A stretch of 64,000 nucleotides of DNA from contig OX597832.1 in NCBI GenBank assembly GCA_951406725.2, positions 11,656,001 to 11,720,000 of the forward strand. Reading direction: 5' to 3'. Numbering within the stretch: the stretch's first letter is position 1; every line of letters starts with the position of its first letter. Under the pieces are notes generated by a model that saw only the letters and a list, made by a program, of their open reading frames with translations, did no database searches and was not told the origin of the DNA. Of this stretch, positions 12,688 through 24,670 are shown in pieces. This stretch comes from Octopus vulgaris (lineage: Eukaryota). Position numbers and translations under genes: made by a program.

Positions 12688-12736
12688 TGTAGTAGTGTTG
12701 ACAGTCATGCTTCACAAATATATATGTATATATATA

Positions 12737-13080
12737 TTTACTTATTTTCTGTCATTGTTCCTTTCTGTGTTCTTTTCTGTGGAAGAGCGTAGGCTCGAAA
12801 CGTTAAAGACTTTTTCACTAATACATCTATTTGTTGTCTACACCACCTGTCTTCGTCTTTTATACATACATGCATATACATATGCCATATACAGACGCCA
12901 TGATAGATCGTTAGCCACTACACACATTTTTTTCTCCTTGTTTCTCTTTGTCCCTTTCTGTAGAAGAGTGTAGGCTTGAAACGTAAAATACTTTTTCTAT
13001 TCCTCAGCGTTATACTAATACATCTGTTTATTTTGTACACCACCTGTATTCGTCTTTGGTGTTTTTTCGAAAACTCTCGC
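12737..13080 (+). mobile_element. Two tandem PLE-terminus fragments carrying the gaagagcgtaggctcgaaacg motif
   Basis: Copies at 12737-12862 and ~12880-13080, same family as 8200, 13472, 15610 and 55400. Embedded in (TA)n/(CA)n. Confidence 0.7.
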
Positions 13081-13210
13081 TGCATATACATATATATGTA
13101 TACACGCACGCACGCACACACACACACGTATATATAAGGCGTTACTCAGGCACTCAAGTATGAGGCAACCGTATGTTATAGAAGAAACATTGTATCTTCA
13201 TTTAATACAG

Positions 13211-13260
<50 letters not shown>

Positions 13261-13415
13261 CGTGTGTAGACTGTAAATGATGATAATAGTAATAGCTTTT
13301 AACTTTATAAGCGTCAGGGCACAGTGAATGCTTATAAGCTTAAATCTTATAATTTTTATTAGTTTACATATATATATTCCTATATCTATTTATATAGATA
13401 TTCATATATAAATTC

Positions 13416-13468
<53 letters not shown>

Positions 13469-13471
13469 TAT

Positions 13472-13620
13472 ATTTACTTATTTTCTGTCATTGCTCCTTT
13501 CTGTGTTCTTTTCTGTGGAAGAGCGTAGGCTCGAAACGTTAAAGACTTTTTCACTAATACATCTATTTGTTGTCTACACCACCTGTATTCGTCTTTGGTG
13601 TTTTTTCGAAAACTCTCGCT
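13472..13620 (+). mobile_element. PLE-terminus fragment (chimera of the two upstream copies)
   Basis: The 5' part matches 12737-12850 and the 3' part matches 13040-13080. Confidence 0.7.
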
Positions 13621-14000
13621 GCATATACATATATATGTATACACGCACGCACGCACACACACACACGTATATATAAGGCGTTACTCAGGCACTCAAGTAT
13701 GAGGCAACCGTATGTTATAGAAGAAACATTGTATCTTCATTTAATACAGTATATATATATGTGTGTGTGTGTGTGTGTGCAAGTGAAATTATACACGGTT
13801 ACATGTGCACACAGATGTATGGATAAAACAGTACTTACCGTTATATGCAAACAAGTCTACACATATGATTATATACAAAATATATCCTATAAATACTTGC
13901 TTATACACAAATATATTTATATACGTGTATGTTTATATATATATATGTACACATGTGTGCGTGTATATATATATATATTTATATATATACACACATATGA

Positions 14001-14031
<31 letters not shown>

Positions 14032-14032
<1 letters not shown>

Positions 14033-14194
14033 GCGCAGGAGTGGCTGTGTGGTAAGTAGCTTGCTTACCAACCACATGGTTCTGGGTTAATTCCCACTAC
14101 GTGACACCTTGGGCAAGTGTCTTCTACTATAGCCTCGAGCCGACGAAAGCCTTGTGAGTGGATTTGGTCGACAGAAACTGAAAAACGCCTGCCG

Positions 14195-14243
<49 letters not shown>

Positions 14244-14443
14244 TTGTGTGTCTCTGTTTGTACCCCCAACATCGCTTGACAACCGATGGTGGATTGTTTA
14301 GGTCCCCGTAATCTAGCGGTTCGGCGAAAGGGCCCGATAGAATAAGTACCAAGCTTACAAAGAATAAGTGCTGGGGTCGATTTGCTCGACTAAAGACGGT
14401 AAACCAACATGGCCGCAGTCAAATGACTGAAACAAGTAAAAGA
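14032..14443 (+). mobile_element. SINE family B, full length, inserted in (TA)n
   Basis: Starts ggcgcaggagtggctgtgtggtaag, ends gactgaaacaagtaaaaga, with (TA)n on both sides. Confidence 0.9.
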
Positions 14444-14444
14444 T

Positions 14445-14482
<38 letters not shown>

Positions 14483-15439
14483 CGCATTTGTCTTTGAGTG
14501 TGTGCATATGCAGAAACAAACAGATATAAATATATACACATCACTGGGATGCATTCATGTAATATGTTGTAGTACACAGAATATTACCAATCACAAACAC
14601 GAACTGTTTATTTGGTTTAGTTAGAAGAGAAATACTCGACACGTAAAGACCACACATCTTAACCAAATAAGAGTAACATTTACTTTCTGGAACGTATCTT
14701 GACCAACATCTTAAGATTTAATATTCTTATAATGAACTCATTGTAGATGCGTTGCGTGTGCAGAATGGTAATTCGGTAACAAATCATTTCGCAATTAACC
14801 TCAAATTTATTCAGGCTCTTCGTGGTTTAGAAACCAGGAAATGTTTATATCAAATATAATATATTTATATATACGTTAAAAATATTGTCTCAACAGACAA
14901 TATTGATTTTTTTACCAGTATTCACATTAACATATTAGATATATATGTATGTATGTATATACATATATATATGTACGTCTTTTAACAAATGGTATGTATG
15001 AGTGTCGTGTGTCTATTTGTGTGCGTGGGTGTATGCTTGCGTGTATTTTTATAAATTAGGACGCTGAGAGGATTATATAAAATAAATCAATTTGAAATTT
15101 TTTTTCTGAGTTCGAATTAAACCGACGTTAAATTAACCTCTCAACGTTTCTAGATTGATAAAGTGAAAAACATAAGAAATGACTGGGATACCATCCTCTT
15201 TTTTCTCATCTGCTTCCTCTAATATATTTTTACTTTGGACTACTCTGTGAAATTTGGTATGCGATGTAATTTTATATGACATAAGGTGTTACAAATAATC
15301 TCGCTACGGAACACATGTAGTATTATCCACAATATCCATTCGCTCCGTGTTTTATTAATATCTATTTATCTATCTATCTAGCTATCTAACACTCCTTCTC
15401 TATTTCTTTATGAGTGTGTGAATATATATATTTATATAT

Positions 15440-15479
<40 letters not shown>

Positions 15480-15567
15480 TAAGGAAAAATATTCTGCATT
15501 TTTAAAAAAATTTTTCCTTACTTATCATTTCTCCACGTGCGGTCAACACAACCCCACCATTTATTGA

Positions 15568-15609
<42 letters not shown>

Positions 15610-15613
<4 letters not shown>

Positions 15614-15757
15614 CTTATTTATTTTCTGTCCTTGATCCTTTCTGTGGAAGGGCGTAGGCTCGAAACGTTAAAAACATTTTTCACATCCCGAGCGTTAAAC
15701 TAATACATCTGTTTGTTGTCTATACCTGTCTTCGTCTTTTGTTTTTTTGTGAATTCT

Positions 15758-15760
<3 letters not shown>
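15610..15760 (+). mobile_element. PLE-terminus fragment between two (TA)n tracts
   Basis: ctttctgtggaagggcgtaggctcgaaacgtt…cccgagcgttaaactaatacatctgtttgttgtc. Confidence 0.7.
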
Positions 15761-15798
<38 letters not shown>

Positions 15799-16762
15799 TT
15801 AGGGTTTTGTCTCTAATAATCTCTAAATCTGATTTTTTTCCCTGTAAATTTGGATTTATTCCCTAATATTTATTATATATATATATAATCAGTTATAAAT
15901 ATTCATAGATAGATATATAGATATTGTAGTACTGCAATTACTCGCTGTTTTCATCATTCTTCGTTCATTAGACAACACAAACTTGAGACCAGTAAGCTTG
16001 GTTCTTTATATGAAATATAAAGAAAACACAAAATAATTGATGAAACCTGCAACGCAGTAAACAGAAAAAGTAGTTAAGGAGGAAGTAATTCAAAGCGAAA
16101 AGTACGAAGAAAATAATTAAAAAATAATCAATAAAATATGCACGGGAATGTGATTAATTGCTAAAACACAAAAGAGGATACACAATAAACAGAATATATA
16201 TCAATATATGCCTTTGTGAGTCTAATTTATGTCTGTACATAATAAATGGTTCTCGGTCAGAATTTTTGATCTTGTGTGTTCAGCTGTTCGCTCTACAAAC
16301 CTTGCAGACTGTTTGTGTTATATGTAATTGACAGTGTAAAACAAAGGTAAGAGTAACAGTAATGTAAAGCTCTCTCTGTGAATATGTGTGACAAGGATGG
16401 CTATTGGAATTACAAGTAAAATCCGTCTGGCTGAAATTTGTTTTATTCACCAATTTTGGCTTCGCTCCAGACTATACTAACAATTATCCAAGATGCAACG
16501 TAGAAGATTCGAGACCGATATCTCATGATTTCGAAGTGGACATGTTAAGTATTCAGTACAACTCGACCTGGTCTTCCTGTCTCTCCCTCCCTACCTCTCT
16601 CTCTCTCTTTATCTTCTCTCTCTCTTTATATGTAATTACATTCGTATATATATATATATATATATGTTTACAAACTTATATATGTGTACACATAAGCACG
16701 TGTATAATATATTCACTTTTGTTGATATATAAATGTAACTCTGTACATATGTATACATATAC

Positions 16763-16800
<38 letters not shown>

Positions 16801-16818
16801 CATGTAAGCACAAACTCG

Positions 16819-16853
<35 letters not shown>

Positions 16854-16905
16854 TCCTATTTATATATGAATGCATGCTATATGTATACAACTATCCATCC
16901 ATCTA

Positions 16906-16963
<58 letters not shown>

Positions 16964-17459
16964 AAAGAGAAGGGGGAAACTTATTCATATATTCAACAAA
17001 ATACCTAACTTTATCCTCAAGTGACGTACATTAACTTACAAGCAAATAAATATGATATTTAAAACTATGTAAATTCAATATATCAAGGAACTATAAATAT
17101 GCATATATATATAAGGCCTTTAATTAAGCAATTAATCAATTAATGGCTGCTTCTAATTATTATTTAATTAAACATAGTTTACATAATGCAATAGCAAATA
17201 ACAAATGATTACTAGAACAATGGAAAATGAAATCAGCGACATATGCGTAATTGTGTTTATGCGCGGTTTCATGCGCGCGTGTCCCTTTGTGTATGCAACT
17301 CACTTAAAAGTAATGACCAATAAATCAGAATCCGAAGAATGTTGTATATATATTTCCTGATTCTATTACAGCTACAGTATTCTAATAAATATGATAAATA
17401 CCATAATAACAGCAATTTAACATTTGTATTAATTACTATACTACATATATGATTTTTCT

Positions 17460-17786
17460 TTGAGATTAATTAGAATACTTCTTGAGAGATTTGAAACCGG
17501 TTGCTAACAAAGTAATAAGATTTTTGAGTTGAGAGAGTTCCCGGTGTTTGTAAATAGGTGGTAGAGTTATTGTGTTTGTTGAGCTGTCGATGTGTACACA
17601 CAAGAGTTTGCATTTATTCACATAAGGATCTCACATAGTGAATTTCGGGAATTTCTTTAACATGTTCACCGTGCTATTTACAGATTGGATTTGAAGAGTC
17701 CATGCCGGCTTCTTTTGCTCTTTCTTCGTGAAACCAAGTGTTTCTAAGTATTTGAGCAAGTTTATTGGTACATAACCTAAAGGACT
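17460..17786 (-). mobile_element. 3' end of an RLE-type (R4/Dong/NeSL-like) non-LTR retrotransposon
   Basis: 17786-17631 translates SPLGYVPINLLKYLETLGFTKKEQKKPAWTLQIQSVNSTVNMLKKFPKFTM*, matching the GALG.VP..L…L..LG….LQ….GT..I C-terminus of restriction-like-endonuclease LINEs. A putative 3' UTR follows. Confidence 0.65.
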
Positions 17787-17811
17787 TATTATGTATATAT
17801 GTATCTATGTG

Positions 17812-18126
17812 TGGAGACGCAATAGCCGAGTGGTTAGAGCATCGAACTTGCGGTCGGAGGATTGTGGTTTCCATTCTCAGACCTGGCGTTGTGTGTTTAT
17901 TGAGCGAAAACACCTAAAAGCTCCTCAAGGCTCCGGCAGGGGGTGGTGGCCACCCCTGTTTTACTCTTTTGCCCTAACTTTCTCTCACTCTCTCTTTCTG
18001 TTTCATGGTAACGCTGCGATGGACTGGCGTCCCGTCCAGCTGAGAGGAAGACATACGCCACAGAAACCGGGAAACCGGGCCCATGAGCCTAGCTAGGCTT
18101 GAAAAGTGTGCATAAATAAATAAATA
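17812..18126 (+). mobile_element. tRNA-derived SINE family C (V-domain-like segment)
   Basis: Box A-like tagccgagtggtt, internal ctgcgatggactggcgtcccgtccag, (TAAA)n tail. 12-bp TSD atgtatctatgt at 17799-17810 and 18127-18138. Confidence 0.85.
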
Positions 18127-18173
18127 ATGTATCTATGTATGAATAATCCTATATGTATATATACTTAAATGAA

Positions 18174-18201
18174 TTTTCTTTTATTCTCTTTGCAGGTAAG
18201 T
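18174..18201 (+). other. Candidate recursive splice site (3' acceptor fused to 5' donor)
   Basis: ttttcttttattctctttgCAG|GTAAGT: a polypyrimidine tract and CAG followed immediately by a consensus donor. Confidence 0.4.
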
Positions 18202-18555
18202 TATTGCATGCAATGGATTACTTCTCTTCTGCATACAAATAACCAAGAAGTAATGAAAGATGTGGAGAATCAAAGGTTTACAATTGAAAAAATATAAATG
18301 TGTTTTCCATGACGGTAGGATAAACAAGTTTGCTCCAATATCTGACAACAACACGCATGTGTTAGTGTGTATGTATGTATTCATGTATATGGAAATGAAA
18401 TATATAATATAATGAATTATAGTATGGGCCAAAACTGACGCACAAAATAAGTTCCATATGCTCACGGATTTTCAAAGACACGCATGGACTTTTCTAAAGT
18501 AGAATAATATGAAAAAAATAATGAATAAACACGTATTTATACATGATGCGTAAAA

Positions 18556-18604
<49 letters not shown>

Positions 18605-18943
18605 CGATGATGATGAGGATAATAATAATGATAATAGTAGTAATAATATTAATAACGTAATATAAATGAAATGACTAATATTTTGGTGCGTGACTTTTAG
18701 CCCAACTGTATATACGTATATATTATGTATGTATGCTTTTATATAATTATGTATCTACGTGTATATATATATATATATGTATTCACATATACATATGCAT
18801 ACACACATATACCTATTCACATACACACACATTTATATACATATGCATACACACATATACATATATACATGCATACACATATATATAAATATATGTATAC
18901 AGATGCATATATATATATATTTATATATATATACATATATATT

Positions 18944-18978
<35 letters not shown>

Positions 18979-19419
18979 TTGTATGTTTGTGTGTATATGT
19001 TTATAGAGAAAATTACAAATTTATATTCATTGGACTGTGTTTTGTTTTGCTTGTTGAACATATGCTTTTGCATTTTTTCTCTGCATGAATATCAGTGTTG
19101 TGATAAAGAATTTTGTATCATTTTTTTGTTCATATCATTCAAACATTTTCTGTGTCAAGGTAAATGTGCTTCTGACTTCTCTTATCATTTGGTAAAATGA
19201 TGAATAGTTGTTTTCATTTGATAGATTTTTTTATGTGCATAATCATATTGTAACATTTCAAACAGTCACATATGCCTCATTCTTTATGTAACATATATGT
19301 ATATACATATAATAATGCATACGAATATACACATACAAATATACATACACGTACATAAATATATATATATACATACATATGCATATACACACACACATAT
19401 ATATATAGGTGTGTATATG

Positions 19420-19459
<40 letters not shown>

Positions 19460-19671
19460 TTCTTACACAAATGTAGGTGAATGGATAAAACTATTTCTCG
19501 TTTGTTACTATTTTTATAAGGTTGTTAAAGTACAGACATTTTGGAAATTTTCGAAAAGATAACTTACGTTATACATAGATAAAAAGTGTAAGTACATAAA
19601 TATATACACTTACAAAAATGCACATACACCCAAGTATACGCTGATATACATGTATAGATACATGTATACGT

Positions 19672-19704
<33 letters not shown>

Positions 19705-20303
19705 CGTTATACATAGAAACACACATTCATATATGCATGGTACATACATACATATATATATACATATATATATATATATTTAAATGGGCAAAAACATATG
19801 CATGTACACAGGCACTATTACACACAAATAAAGTTTTCTCAAAAAATTTATATCCTCCATTTTTTAATATTCATGAATTTCAAAATATTTGAAGATGATA
19901 AAAATCAACAAAAAAAAAACAAATAATAAACTAACAAATTTTTATTCAAGTGTGGCGATTTGATGAAAATTGAAATTACTCTTCTAAACGTTTATATCAA
20001 TATTGTAATACGAAGATTTCCTTATTATTTTACATACCATATTTCTTTTCTTCTTATTAAAATTACATTCCTCACCCTATTTAAGATAGACGCTGGTCTT
20101 TGAAGAGAAGCATTGATTTATACGATATTGCAGCTCTATAATCAAAACTGAGTTTTCGTTCATGAAACATGTGCCGAACCTTGAAGTAATGAATATAATA
20201 GTTTAGAAGTTGCTGCCTACACACAAACACACTCACCAAACGCGCACACGCTCACGCACATAGACACAGACACACACACCAAAAACACATACACACAGAT
20301 ATT

Positions 20304-20335
<32 letters not shown>

Positions 20336-20413
20336 CATACACATAAATTGTGAGAGGGAAGATATGGAGACTGTCAGATGTAGAGTTGTATGGATAAATA
20401 CGTAGATAAATGC

Positions 20414-20452
<39 letters not shown>

Positions 20453-20649
20453 TGTACATATATGTATACAAATGAATATATATATATATATATGTATATA
20501 TATGTATGTACATATACATATACGTATATACATACATTTATATGCACTCATAGATATATGTATATATATACGCACACACACACACACACACATATATATA
20601 CCATCAACCACATATTCATACATATATATGTATATATATATATATATAC

Positions 20650-20685
<36 letters not shown>

Positions 20686-21019
20686 ACATATGTATATACG
20701 CATGTAAATATATGTATATTATTATAAATAATCCACCCACATACACACACATGCATGCATTTCCATGTACAATTCTTCTACATATGTATGTATTTATTCA
20801 AGTATATATGTGTATTTATGTACATATCAATTATATTTTATGAAGTTTAAGCGATCTAAAGCCAAACGTATATCGATTTGCAGTTTTTATAAAGAATATT
20901 TCAAACACTTGTGACTTTGATATCGACATGCTGCAAATGCTTTTATCTGCAAGCATATTCTCACATTTGCTTGTTGTGTAGTAATACTATTTTATATCTA
21001 GAAATAGAAAGTGACATTA

Positions 21020-21180
21020 AATATATGAATATCCTTGGGTATCCATTTCTCTCGAATGCGAGTGACAATTATTCATCATTCTATGTCCTCAAATTGCCAA
21101 GACCACCAATGAACTGGCTGTGTATACAAATCCTTTTAAAAAGAAATACATGTGATGTTTCCAACTACGTGTATTCCTGT
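21020..21180 (-). mobile_element. Possible decayed PLE RT thumb fragment
   Basis: With frameshifts it reads …LKGFVYTA… then …LAFERNGYPRIFI, resembling the PLE KGFLHRA…F..NGYP..FI motif. Confidence 0.35.
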
Positions 21181-21387
21181 ACAATCTTTTTAAAAATATT
21201 ATTAGTTAGTAATGTACCGAATACTAACATAATTTATTTTTAATATATTTCATAAGCACGTTCAGATTCCACTGAGATCGATATGGCCTTTATAGAATAA
21301 GTCCTGGGGTCGATTTCCTCGACTAAATGCGGTGCTCCAGCATGGCCGCATTCAAATGACTGAAACACGTAAAAGAGTGTATATATA

Positions 21388-21515
21388 TGCGCTGATGACG
21401 GGTAAATACCCAGAAACCCAGGACAAGTGAATAAACAAGTTTTAAAATTGCCTTTTCAAACCTTCTTTCATATATATTTCCACTCGTGCGGTACCTTACA
21501 ACTTCACTTTATTTT
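21388..21515 (+). ncRNA. Degenerate hammerhead motif in a PLE-terminus fragment
   Basis: CTGATGA c gggt-aaat-accc a GAAAC ccag gac (21392-21424), then AATAAA at 21430-21435. Flanked by (TA)n on both sides. Confidence 0.55.
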
Positions 21516-21544
21516 ATATATATATATATATATATATACCAAAA

Positions 21545-22075
21545 TGAAGGCGACGAGCCGGCAAAGATGTTAGCATGCCAGGCAAAATGCTTAGCGATGG
21601 TTCCTACGTCTTAACTTCCTGAGTTCAAATTGCGTTGAGGTCAGCTTTGCCTTTCGTCAATTTCTGGGTGGAAAAAAATTGTTGGCCTAACTCTGAAACC
21701 AATAAATTCCAAAAGACGCAGACGTGTCTGTGTGGTAAGAAGCTTGCTTCCCAACTACATGTTTAAGACTCCAGTCCTATTTGTGTGGCACCTTAGGCAA
21801 AAGTCTTCTACTATAGCCTCTACTGAATGTGGTAGAAGAAAACTAAATGAAGACCCACGTATATCTGTCTATCTTTGTATTTGTTCCCCACCACCTTCTA
21901 ACAACCGATGATGGTTTGTTTACATCTTCGTAACTTAGCAGATCGGCAAAATAAACGGATAGAATAAGTACCAGGTTTACGAAAAATAAAATAAAAAATT
22001 CAGTACTGAATTACTTGTTATTTCCTTCGATTAAGATTCTTCAAAGTGGTGCCGTTGCGTGGCCACAGTAAAATA
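21545..22075 (+). mobile_element. Old SINE A fragment (21545-21700) followed by an old SINE B copy (21713-22075)
   Basis: Diverged but recognisable head and core motifs of both families. Confidence 0.75.
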
Positions 22076-22233
22076 TATAAAGAATTCATATTTTTTTCAT
22101 TTATTTCATGTGCAGCATTTATAATTTGCAACACGGTATATAGAGATATTACTCACAAACATCTTTTTTTCTACAAGAGCACTAAAACAGGTTTCCTTGT
22201 ATAACTACTAGCGGCAAAGTCATATTCCAACAT

Positions 22234-22466
22234 AAGGCCGCGAGCTGGCAGAAACTTTAGCACGCCGGGCGAAGTGCTTAACGGTATTTCGTCTGCCGTT
22301 ACGTTCTGAGTTCAAATTCCGCCGAGGTCGACTTTGCCTTTCATCCTTTCGGGGTCGATTAAATAAGTACCAGTTACGCATTGGAGTCGTTGTAATCGAC
22401 TTAATCCTTTTGTCTGTCCTTGTTCGTCCCCTCTATCTTCAACCCTTTGTGGGCAATAAAGAAATT
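22234..22466 (+). mobile_element. SINE family A monomer, young
   Basis: Close to consensus. TSD agtcatattccaacat (22218-22233) / agttatattccagcat (22467-22482). Confidence 0.9.
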
Positions 22467-22839
22467 AGTTATATTCCAGCATTCGAATGCTCACTTTGAT
22501 GACTAACCCGAGCCGTATCAGATTTTGTGCTTTAAAGGACGTGCATTATACCACACACAGACTGTTCAATATTTCTTTATTGCTCATAGGACACAAGCCA
22601 CAACTTATGATACTTTTCAAAGTCACTAACAACGTGTTAAATCTGGAAGCAGATTAATTCTACCACACAAGAATGGGAAGTATTCCTCTACCGGGTTTCA
22701 CATAGCTGCTGTCTTGCAAAATTTAGTCAAAATCTGTTCCTTATTTTTAGGCTATATTTACAAACACTTAGCATGTGATATCTAACCACAATCACATTTT
22801 TAACAAGTAAATTTATCATCAACACAAAGATAACCCGTG

Positions 22840-22901
<62 letters not shown>

Positions 22902-23559
22902 TCAGTCGTTTTTTTTTTTATTATTTGGAAATATTCTAATAGCTTATTTTATATAAATGACGTTTTGAAAATAACGAACTTGTTAAATAAATTATATATC
23001 TTGTAAATGCTATAAAATATATTATTAATTCCTGAGAGTTGACATTGCTGCTACTAAATGTTTAATATTGTTTTTAAAGTACTGACAGGCGTTACTTCGT
23101 ATCTATGACAATAAAACATACTGTCTATGCAAACAGGCACATTCCATAATCGCAGATTTTTTTCGTATTATTATTTATTGTATAGCTGTCAGAGAGGAGG
23201 TAAAACCCTCACCTTCAAAATATTTCTACTGCGGTTCAGATTATGCACAAATAAACGCAAAATTCGCTGGCTGTATTACACTGCCTTTACAAAAATAGAT
23301 GTCATATTGCCCTTAAAACGTACTGTCTGAGATAGGTGGTTAGGCACAATGAACTGTGTAGTTTTTGATAAACCATGACTTAAATTTATATTTTTTTAAA
23401 TAGATGGATTGATTATGATTGATATATGTGTGGTTATACATTTGTTCAATAAGCAAGACTACACAATAACAAGAAATTTCAAAAGAAAAGAACATCATAA
23501 AGCAACAATTCGGTACGTGATCTAAATCTATTCAAAGTACATGGAAATCAAACGTTTCT

Positions 23560-23976
23560 TATTTCTTTATTGCTCACATGGGGCTAAACGTAAAGGGGAC
23601 AAACAAAGACTGACAATGGGATTAAGTCGATTACATCGACCCCAGTGCGTAACTGGTACTTAATTTATTGACCCCGAAAAGATGAAAGGCAAAGTCGACC
23701 TCGGCGGAATTTGAACTTAGAAGGTAACGGCAGACGAAATACATATTTCTTTATTGCCCACAGGGAGCTAAACACAGAGGGGACAAACAAGGATAGACAA
23801 ACAGCTTAAGTTGATTATATCGACTCCAGTGCATAACTGGTACTTAATTTATCGACCCTGAAAGGATAAAAGGCAAAGTCAACCTCAGCGGAATTTGAAC
23901 TAGGAACGTAACGGCAGACGAAATACCGCTAAGCATTTCGCCCAGCGTGCTAACGTTTCAGCAATCTCGCCGCCTT
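23560..23976 (-). mobile_element. SINE family A, dimeric copy
   Basis: Two bodies. Perfect 19-bp TSD atggaaatcaaacgtttct at 23541-23559 and 23979-23997. Confidence 0.92.
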
Positions 23977-24670
23977 GAATGGAAATCAAACGTTTCTACT
24001 TGGCCAAAGACAGAACACAACATCGCAGCAGGAAGACTTAATCCTAAAATACTGGAATGGTATCTCTCATTTCTCAATTGAAACATCTTTGCTTCCGCTT
24101 AGGGAGCAAATTTCTCTGCCTTATCGTACCAACTTAGACCATAATAAGCCTATCACGTAGCTTCTCTGCTGTCGCTCGATCTAGTTGAAATAGAAGCTAA
24201 ACCACAGACACACACATACACACACACACACACAGAGCACCACCACCAGCATCACCACTATCACCATCACCATCACCTTACTGTCTTATAAATGGGGAAG
24301 CTGTTTTGGTTAGCATAAGCATAATACGCCAGAATAAATGAACTTGTCACAAATACAATACCATTGAACAAACTTATGTTCGATCCTGGGATGAGCTGGA
24401 GCTAAATAACAACAGCAACGAACACATATCATTAGTCCTTTAGAATATATATAATGGGCGATGTAGGAACGTAATTATTTGAATAATTGTGACTAACTGG
24501 AATACATTCATGAAAGATTTTCATTTTCCAACCAGAAGAATCAAATTAGACAATGAATATATTAATTTCATGTCGCCTTGTGTGGAGGAGAGCGAAATCT
24601 GAAATGAATATAATGTTGAACTACCGGAAGTAACTTTTCCGAATGGTATACTGGAAATTGCTACAGCGAT

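Larger units (their letters stand above)
12299..13780. repeat. Recent tandem duplication (12299-~13250 / ~13255-13780); second copy has two internal deletions
   Basis: 12299-12465 matches 13256-13420, 12737-12850 matches 13472-13585, and 13040-13215 matches 13580-13755, all essentially identical. Confidence 0.9.

Noticed and set aside
14032-14105. tRNA-like sequence with box A/B (also the heads of other SINEs)
   Set aside because: SINE heads; no complete cloverleaf, so not called as tRNA genes.
17470-17510. gaaaccggtt hammerhead-like 3' half
   Set aside because: No CUGANGA upstream; it lies in the putative 3' UTR of the opposite-strand RLE LINE.
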